Part shown: positions 6,580-11,455 of the stretch, piece after piece | How positions within the stretch are numbered: position 1 is the first letter of the stretch | How the letters are laid out: the number at the start of each line of letters is the position of its first letter | Assembly: GCA_043804695.1 (NCBI GenBank) | Contig: JAZDIV010000049.1 | Span: forward strand, 1-11,455 | Direction: 5' to 3' | DNA: 11,455 nucleotides | Source: PVC group bacterium | GTDB lineage: Bacteria; Auribacterota; Erginobacteria; Erginobacterales; Erginobacteraceae | Translations under genes and position numbers: made by a program | The notes under the pieces: generated by a model | Seen by the model: only the letters and a program-made list of their open reading frames with translations | Database searches by the model: none | Told to the model about the DNA's origin: nothing

Positions 6580-7179
6580 TTAATACTCGCGACGGCCTTC
6601 GATCGCCTTCATCAGAGTTGCCGGGTCCATGAAATCGAGCGAGCTGCCCACCGGGATGCCAGCGGCGATGCGGGTGACCCTGACCCGGAGGGCTTTGAGA
6701 GCCCGGGCCAGGTAAAGGGCGGTCGTCTCCCCGTCAATATCGGAGCCGGTGGCGATAATCACCTCGTGCGGGGCGGTTTTCTTCGCCCTGGCCAGCAGTT
6801 CCTTGATCCTCAGGTCTTCGGGGTTGAATCCATCCAGAGGGACGATCTTACCCATCAACACGTGATAGACTCCCTGGTATTTCCCGGCCTGCTCGAGGGC
6901 GATCACGTCCTTGGGTTCCTCCACCACGCAGATCAGTCGGTGGTCACGGTGATGGTCGCGGCAGATCCGGCAGACATCGCGGGTGGTGAGGTTCCCGCAG
7001 ACCGGGCAGAACCGTATTTTGGCCTTGACTTCGGCAATCGATTGCAGGAGATCACCGGTCGCGGCATTGCTGTTCCGTAAAAGGTGGAAGAGAATCCTCT
7101 GGGCGCTCCGGGGACCGATACCGGGCAAACCGGTCAGGGCATCGAGCGCTTTCTGCATCACGGTCGGGTAGCGGGCCAT
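6580..7179 (-). CDS. recR: Recombination mediator RecR
   Basis: LPGIGPRSAQR HhH, C4 zinc finger CPVC..CRIC, ICVVEE Toprim, GETTALY; dnaX-ybaB-recR synteny. Confidence 0.97.
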   Translation of the reverse strand: MARYPTVMQKALDALTGLPGIGPRSAQRILFHLLRNSNAATGDLLQSIAEVKAKIRFCPVCGNLTTRDVCRICRDHHRDHRLICVVEEPKDVIALEQAGKYQGVYHVLMGKIVPLDGFNPEDLRIKELLARAKKTAPHEVIIATGSDIDGETTALYLARALKALRVRVTRIAAGIPVGSSLDFMDPATLMKAIEGRREY

Positions 7180-7183
7180 AATG

Positions 7184-7251
7184 AAGTGCCTAAAGTGCCT
7201 GAAGTTTTCAGCCGGAGGCTGATCCGCCTCCGGCGGAGAAGTGCCTAAAGT
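7184..7251. repeat. Nonamer tandem repeat AAGTGCCT(A/G) interrupted by a double-hairpin insert
   Basis: aagtgccta aagtgcctg aagt [tt tcagcc-gga-ggctga tccgcc-tcc-ggcgga g] aagtgccta aagt. Confidence 0.7.
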
Positions 7252-7304
7252 TAAAATCGATTACTCTCGGTAATCGGGATGAGAAGAAGGGAGGCAATAC
7301 AGCC

Positions 7305-7339
7305 TACTGATTACTGCTCACCGATTACCGTTTACTGGA
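7305..7339. repeat. Heptamer tandem repeat x5, reverse-complement family of 2537-2571
   Basis: tactgat tactgct caccgat taccgtt tactgga. Confidence 0.65.
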
Positions 7340-7342
7340 ACC

Positions 7343-7657
7343 TTATATTCCCAGCCCCGGCAGGTTCAGACCGCCGGTGAGGGAGGACATCTGCTCCCGG
7401 CCGGCCTCCTCCACTTTCTCGGCCGCCTGCCGGATCGCGGCCAGGATCAGGTCCTCCAGCATCGGGACATCATCCCGGTCCACCACGTCCGGATTGATGG
7501 AAACAGAGACAAGATCCTTCTTCCCATTGACGACCGCCCTGACCATCCCTCCCCCCGCGCTCCCCTCCGCCTCCATTTTCGCCATGTCCTCCTGCAGGCG
7601 GAGCAGCCGGGCCTTCATCTGCTGGGCCTGCTTGAGCATCTTTCCCATGCCTGCCAC
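7343..7657 (-). CDS. ybaB: Nucleoid-associated protein YbaB/EbfC
   Basis: MLKQAQQM..EGSAGGGMV..MLEDLILAA, between dnaX and recR. GTG at 7657 is preferred because it follows the SD GGAGGTG by 6 nt. Confidence 0.95.
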   Translation of the reverse strand: MAGMGKMLKQAQQMKARLLRLQEDMAKMEAEGSAGGGMVRAVVNGKKDLVSVSINPDVVDRDDVPMLEDLILAAIRQAAEKVEEAGREQMSSLTGGLNLPGLGI

Positions 7658-7677
7658 GGTGAACACCTCCTCAAATA

Positions 7678-7961
7678 TAAATTAGCGCCTTCGGCGCTAA
7701 TTTAGTGAATTTTCTCTTTATTAAATATAAAACAGATTGATAGCGATCCGAATATTAGTTCGAGTCTAACCGCTCAATCCGCAACGGTAAGCCCTTGGTA
7801 TCATAAGGCAAAACCTGATTATTTTATAACGTTAAGGGCTTACCGTTGTTTATTGAGCAGTTGCATTTAAACTAATTCTTGGATAATCATCAGTCTGTTA
7901 CAAGTTTAAAAGGTACAATTCACTCCAATTCTTCTAAATTAGCGCCGGAGGCGCTAATTTA
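7678..7961. repeat. AT-rich 284-bp segment bounded by two near-identical 27-bp palindromes (MITE-like)
   Basis: taaattagcgcc-ttc-ggcgctaattta (7678-7704) and taaattagcgcc-gga-ggcgctaattta (7935-7961), with a long internal inverted repeat at 7768-7796 / 7834-7862. Confidence 0.6.
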
Positions 7962-7964
7962 TAG

Positions 7965-9572
7965 CTACTCCTTCACTTCCAGGATGCTCCCGTCAAACAT
8001 CTCGAGCGCGGACTCAATCAAAGGATTCTCCCTGATGATGGTCTTCTTCTTCTCCGGGGACGATGGCGGCGTCTCCACGGGTTCCCTGCTGGAAGAATTA
8101 TCTGCCCGGACCGCGAAAGCAAGCCGGACGGGAAAACCGAGTTTATTCTTGAGGAGGGTTTCCATGTAGGAACGTTTCGGAGGGGACTCCAGCGCCTCCC
8201 GGTGAAAATCGAACTCCTCGTTAAAATAGACCGTCAGAACGCCGTCTTCGAGCGGACCGGGTTCCGCTTCGGTCAGGTACGCCTTCAGGATCGGTCGGTT
8301 GGCCCCCAGGGTTTCCAGAAAATCCGGCCAGATTTCGCTGACGGAACGGGTTGGCACGGAATCGGTCTCCTTCTCCAGGTACTCTCCCGGGCCGGAAGGC
8401 TCATCCCGGTTCGCCGGAGGGGAAGGCAGGCCCGCCTCCAGTTCTTCCACCCGGGCGATCAGCTCATCGAGATAAACCCGGCCCCGGGACTGGGCGACCT
8501 TGATCAAGGCCATCTCCAGGGCAACCTGCTCTGAAATGGCGTTTTTAATCGTCCGCTCCGTCCCGATCAATTCATTGAGGATAAAGAACAAGCGGGGACC
8601 GGTGAAGGCCGCGCCCAGTTTTGTCATCTCCCGGGCTTCCTCGGCGGGGACATCGGTCAGCGGATCGGCCGATTGACTGATCGAAATGACGAGGAGATCG
8701 CGGAAGTGCCTGATCAGCGAGGAGAGAAACTGGGAGACGTTCCATCCTTGATCGATAATCTCCCCCACCAGGCTAATGATCCGGGAGAGATCACCGGCCA
8801 GGATGACATGGGAGAACTCGGTCACCACTGTACGGGGGACCAGGCCCAGCAAAGCCGTGACGTCCTGCTGCCGGATAGCGCCGTCGCAGTATACCAGCAG
8901 CTGATCGAGGAGGGATTCGGCATCCCGCATCCCTCCCTCGGCCGCGGACGCGATCGTGATCAGCGCCTCTTCCTCGCAGGGGACGTTCTCTTCCTCCAGA
9001 ATCTGCTTGAGCCGTTCCAGAATCTTGTGCCGAGGGATTTTTCTGAGGTCGAAACGCTGGCAGCGGGAGACGATGGTATCCGGAATTTTGTGAGGCTCGG
9101 TGGTGGCAAAGAAAAATTTAACGTGGGGGGGCGGTTCTTCCAGCGTCTTTAACAGCGCGTTGAAGGCGGCGGTGGAGAGCATGTGGACTTCATCGATAAT
9201 GTAAATCTTGTTCCGTCCGCGGGACGGGGCGTACTTGACATTCTCCCTCAGCTGCCGGACGTCGTCCACGCCGGTGTTGGAGGCGCCGTCGATCTCCATG
9301 ACGTCGAGGTTGTTCCCGGCCATGATCTCCCGGCAAGAGTCGCATCGGTCGCAGGGGGTCGGGGTGGGCGAATCAGCGGCCAGGCAATTCAGGCTCTTGG
9401 CAAAAATCCGGGCCAGCGTGGTCTTGCCGATGCCGCGGGGGCCGGTAAAGAGGTAGGCGTGGCCGAGACGGTTCTGCTTGATCGCGTTCATCAGCGTGGT
9501 GGAGATGTGCTGCTGTCCCACCACCTGGTCGAACTGCTGCGGCCGCCATTTTATCGCCAGTGCCTGGTACAT
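7965..9572 (-). CDS. dnaX: DNA polymerase III subunit gamma/tau
   Basis: KWRPQQF, Walker A GPRGIGKTT, Zn cysteines, EIDGASN, IIDEVHMLS, LLKTLEEPP and SRC motifs; SD GGAGG upstream. Confidence 0.98.
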   Translation of the reverse strand: MYQALAIKWRPQQFDQVVGQQHISTTLMNAIKQNRLGHAYLFTGPRGIGKTTLARIFAKSLNCLAADSPTPTPCDRCDSCREIMAGNNLDVMEIDGASNTGVDDVRQLRENVKYAPSRGRNKIYIIDEVHMLSTAAFNALLKTLEEPPPHVKFFFATTEPHKIPDTIVSRCQRFDLRKIPRHKILERLKQILEEENVPCEEEALITIASAAEGGMRDAESLLDQLLVYCDGAIRQQDVTALLGLVPRTVVTEFSHVILAGDLSRIISLVGEIIDQGWNVSQFLSSLIRHFRDLLVISISQSADPLTDVPAEEAREMTKLGAAFTGPRLFFILNELIGTERTIKNAISEQVALEMALIKVAQSRGRVYLDELIARVEELEAGLPSPPANRDEPSGPGEYLEKETDSVPTRSVSEIWPDFLETLGANRPILKAYLTEAEPGPLEDGVLTVYFNEEFDFHREALESPPKRSYMETLLKNKLGFPVRLAFAVRADNSSSREPVETPPSSPEKKKTIIRENPLIESALEMFDGSILEVKE

Positions 9573-9674
9573 TATATTTTTTCCTCCGGAAAAAATAACG
9601 GAAAAGCATTTTACGCTATAAGTTATAAAATGACTATATCATCAGCTGAGATATATCCTTAGAAAGTCCTACAC

Positions 9675-9720
9675 TATTTTATTTTCAGCGTCCCCGATCG
9701 GGGACGCTGAAAATAAAATA
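9675..9720. repeat. Perfect 46-bp palindrome at the SRP RNA 3' end (possible terminator or processing stem)
   Basis: tattttattttcagcgtccccga|tcggggacgctgaaaataaaata. Confidence 0.6.
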
Positions 9721-10006
9721 CCACGCACCCTCTGTCGAGGCTCCTGAATCCGTTCTCCCCGCCGATCGGCTCCGCCCGGGTTGTTCCGCACCCCGCAAGA
9801 GGCCTGCTTACCGCTGCTTCCTTCCGGATCTGACGGGGTTGGCGAGCATTGCGTGCGCAGGACCCGGGCCTCAACGCTTCTCTAAACGGTTCAGCCGGAA
9901 TCGGGATCACCCCTCAATCGGGAATTCGGCCCTGCTGAAGCGGATTGCAGGTCATCCACCGAAACCGGTGAAATCAGGGCACCGCTGGCTCCCCGCTTAG
10001 CGTGGT
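9720..10006 (-). ncRNA. ffs: Large (Alu-domain-containing) bacterial SRP RNA
   Basis: The - strand has CCACGCTAAGCGGGGAGCCAGCGGTGCCCTG..ACCTGCAATCCGCT..GCAGGG (Bacillus scRNA-like Alu domain), helix 8 CCCCGTCAGATCCGGAAGGAAGCAGCGG and a closing GCGTGGT. It lies in the typical tRNA-Ser/ffs/dnaX position. Confidence 0.95.
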
Positions 10007-10065
10007 ATTTTATTTCTTCGAAATAAAATAGTGTTTCTCTTTCTGCTTAAAGCAGAAAGAGAATA

Positions 10066-10725
10066 TTATAAAATGTACTTAGCCTTCTCCTCTTTTAATA
10101 TGTTTTTGATCTTCTTAATCTTTTTGTTTCCCATTCCTTTCAGTTGCAATAGTTCATCGTCCGATGCATTAAAGATGTTCTCTAAAGAACCGAATTTATT
10201 CAACAGGAGTTCGGCGTATTTGGGTCCTATCGACGGTATTGTCTCCAGCATACGTTTCTTCTGCGCATGCTGGTGACTCGATTTTCTCCGCCAGTAGTTT
10301 TTAGGCGTTTTGTTCGTGCCTTTATTATCAAGTTGCTTCTGAATTCGCACAAGGTATTCCGCGGTCTCTGCCGGACATTCTGAGAAAAGAACCGGGAGGC
10401 CCCAGGAAACGGTTATCGCTATCAATGCTCCCTTTATCGCCTGCGGAGAAGCCCCTCGTAACATGGTCGGGGGTAATCCCTCTACAATCAACAATTGCCT
10501 CTGCCCGTAATGACGCAATCTTGCTATCTGTTGAAATAATCTTCCACCCGTAAGTGAATTAACAAAATCCTGAGAAGATTTGCGCTCAATGTATATGCGA
10601 TCATCAATGACATAATCGCCGACAATCAATTGTCTTATCCCAAAATCAACTTTGTGTTTACTTAATGCCTGAATGACCCCTGATCTCTGCTCCCGATAAT
10701 CAATCAGAATCATAAGGCGGTTCAC
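10066..10725 (-). CDS. ERCC4-domain (XPF/Mus81/Hef-like) structure-specific nuclease with C-terminal HhH
   Basis: IDYRE, GDY...IERKS..DFVNSL..GRLFQQ and LIVEG motifs; tandem HhH IPSIGPK..LKGMGNK. The start may be ATG at 10713. Confidence 0.88.
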   Translation of the reverse strand: MNRLMILIDYREQRSGVIQALSKHKVDFGIRQLIVGDYVIDDRIYIERKSSQDFVNSLTGGRLFQQIARLRHYGQRQLLIVEGLPPTMLRGASPQAIKGALIAITVSWGLPVLFSECPAETAEYLVRIQKQLDNKGTNKTPKNYWRRKSSHQHAQKKRMLETIPSIGPKYAELLLNKFGSLENIFNASDDELLQLKGMGNKKIKKIKNILKEEKAKYIL

Positions 10726-10835
10726 TCACACAAATGGCTATCTTCTGGTATTAGCTATACCATATATCGTATCATGCTGAGAATTACAGCATCAAATGCT
10801 TTTACGCTATTTTTTCGCGAAGCGAAAAAATAAAA

Positions 10836-10923
10836 CGGAGAGGCAGGGATTCGAACCCTGGATACCCTTGTGGGGTACACTCGCTCTCCAGGCGAGCCGA
10901 TTCAGCCGCTCTCGCACCTCTCC
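10836..10923 (-). tRNA. tRNA-Ser(GGA), no encoded CCA
   Basis: GGAGAGG acceptor, CTCGC-CTGGAGA-GCGAG anticodon arm, long variable arm, CAGGG-TTCGAAT-CCCTG, discriminator G. Confidence 0.96.
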
Positions 10924-11006
10924 TTTAAAATTTTTCTAGCGAAATATTTTATTACAATTTTCCTGCGGAAAATTGGATAACGCCAATTATGCGTTACACT
11001 ATTGTA

Positions 11007-11252
11007 CTATTCTTCCGCCAGATTGTCCTTTAAATATGATTCGATGCTTTCGTTGGCCCGGACGGCATCGCCTTCCAGGACCATCAGGTCTCCCCAGTAT
11101 CCGCGGGCGGCCTTCATGATCCCGTCCATCCAGGGTATCTGTCCGGACCGTAATTCGCTGGAGATCCCCTGTTCCTGAAGAACCTCTTGTAACAGTAATC
11201 CCTGAGCTTCGTCCTCCAATTGCCAGACGTTGATTATACGATCTTCCAGCAT
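11007..11252 (-). CDS. Small protein, DUF2007-like (putative signal-transducing family), 81 aa
   Basis: EDEAQGLLLQEVLQEQGI...GDLMVLEGDAVRANESI resembles DUF2007. The start is trimmed to ATG 11252 because the longer ORF overlaps a tRNA. Confidence 0.7.
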   Translation of the reverse strand: MLEDRIINVWQLEDEAQGLLLQEVLQEQGISSELRSGQIPWMDGIMKAARGYWGDLMVLEGDAVRANESIESYLKDNLAEE

Positions 11253-11295
11253 TAAATATTTACTCTCTATTTTTTTGCGCAGCAAAAAAATATAA

Positions 11296-11383
11296 CGGAA
11301 GGGCTGGGATTCGAACCCAGGGCCCCGCAATGCGGGGCAACGGTTTTCGAGACCGCCCCGATCGTCCACTCCGGCACCCTTCC
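11296..11383 (-). tRNA. tRNA-Ser(CGA), no encoded CCA
   Basis: GGAAGGG acceptor, GCGGT-CTCGAAA-ACCGT anticodon arm, variable arm GCCCCGC/GCGGGGC, CTGGG-TTCGAAT-CCCAG. Confidence 0.95.
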
Positions 11384-11412
11384 AATAAAATTTTTATGAA
11401 GTAAAAATTTTA

Positions 11413-11454
11413 ATTTCGAGTCGTGCGCATTCAACCGGACTCTGCCACCTCTCC
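11413..11454 (-). pseudogene. Orphan 5' half of a second tRNA-Ser(CGA)
   Basis: GGAGAGG TG GCAGAGTCCGGTTGAATGC G CACGA CTCGAAA T, then AT-rich DNA in place of the expected (T)CGTG and the 3' half. Confidence 0.8.
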
Positions 11455-11455
11455 T

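Noticed and set aside
7764..7866. Integron attC site (gtctaac...gttgcat)
   Set aside because: The right box deviates from GTTRRRY, pairing continues straight after the R boxes with no unpaired central spacer, and there is no cassette ORF or integron integrase.
7965..9572. Programmed frameshift in dnaX
   Set aside because: The ORF is continuous and I saw no A AAA AAG slippery site or long A run.
9674..9910. 78-aa ORF on the - strand
   Set aside because: Largely overlaps the SRP RNA gene and its 3' palindrome.
11253..11369. N-terminal extension of the 120-aa ORF
   Set aside because: Overlaps tRNA-Ser(CGA) on the same strand; the real start is probably ATG 11252.
11413..11454. Split or trans-spliced tRNA using the 3' half of tRNA-Ser(GGA)
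   Set aside because: The acceptor strands would match (GGAGAGG/CCTCTCC) but the anticodon stem CACGA has no TCGTG partner there, and no intron follows the fragment.

Overview
Bacterial chromosomal window where an integrated element meets a housekeeping region. At left (+ strand), a small HTH excisionase-like gene and a large serine recombinase mark one end of the element. The recombinase ORF runs antisense into the 3' end of a tRNA-Asn(GUU) gene on the - strand. That tRNA is split inside its anticodon (U35/U36) by a 485-nt, ORF-less group I intron whose peripheral loops carry REP-like and nested palindromic repeats. Between the tRNA and porB lie two unassigned structured-RNA candidates, one directly behind a well-formed sigma70-type promoter. 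The rest is on the - strand: a four-subunit pyruvate/2-oxoacid:ferredoxin oxidoreductase operon, recR-ybaB-dnaX, a large Alu-domain SRP RNA with an extra hairpin, an ERCC4/XPF-like nuclease, tRNA-Ser(GGA), a DUF2007-like gene, tRNA-Ser(CGA) and an orphan 5' half of another tRNA-Ser(CGA). Intergenic DNA is full of short palindromes with GNA triloops. All calls were made by eye; no searches or folding programs were run.
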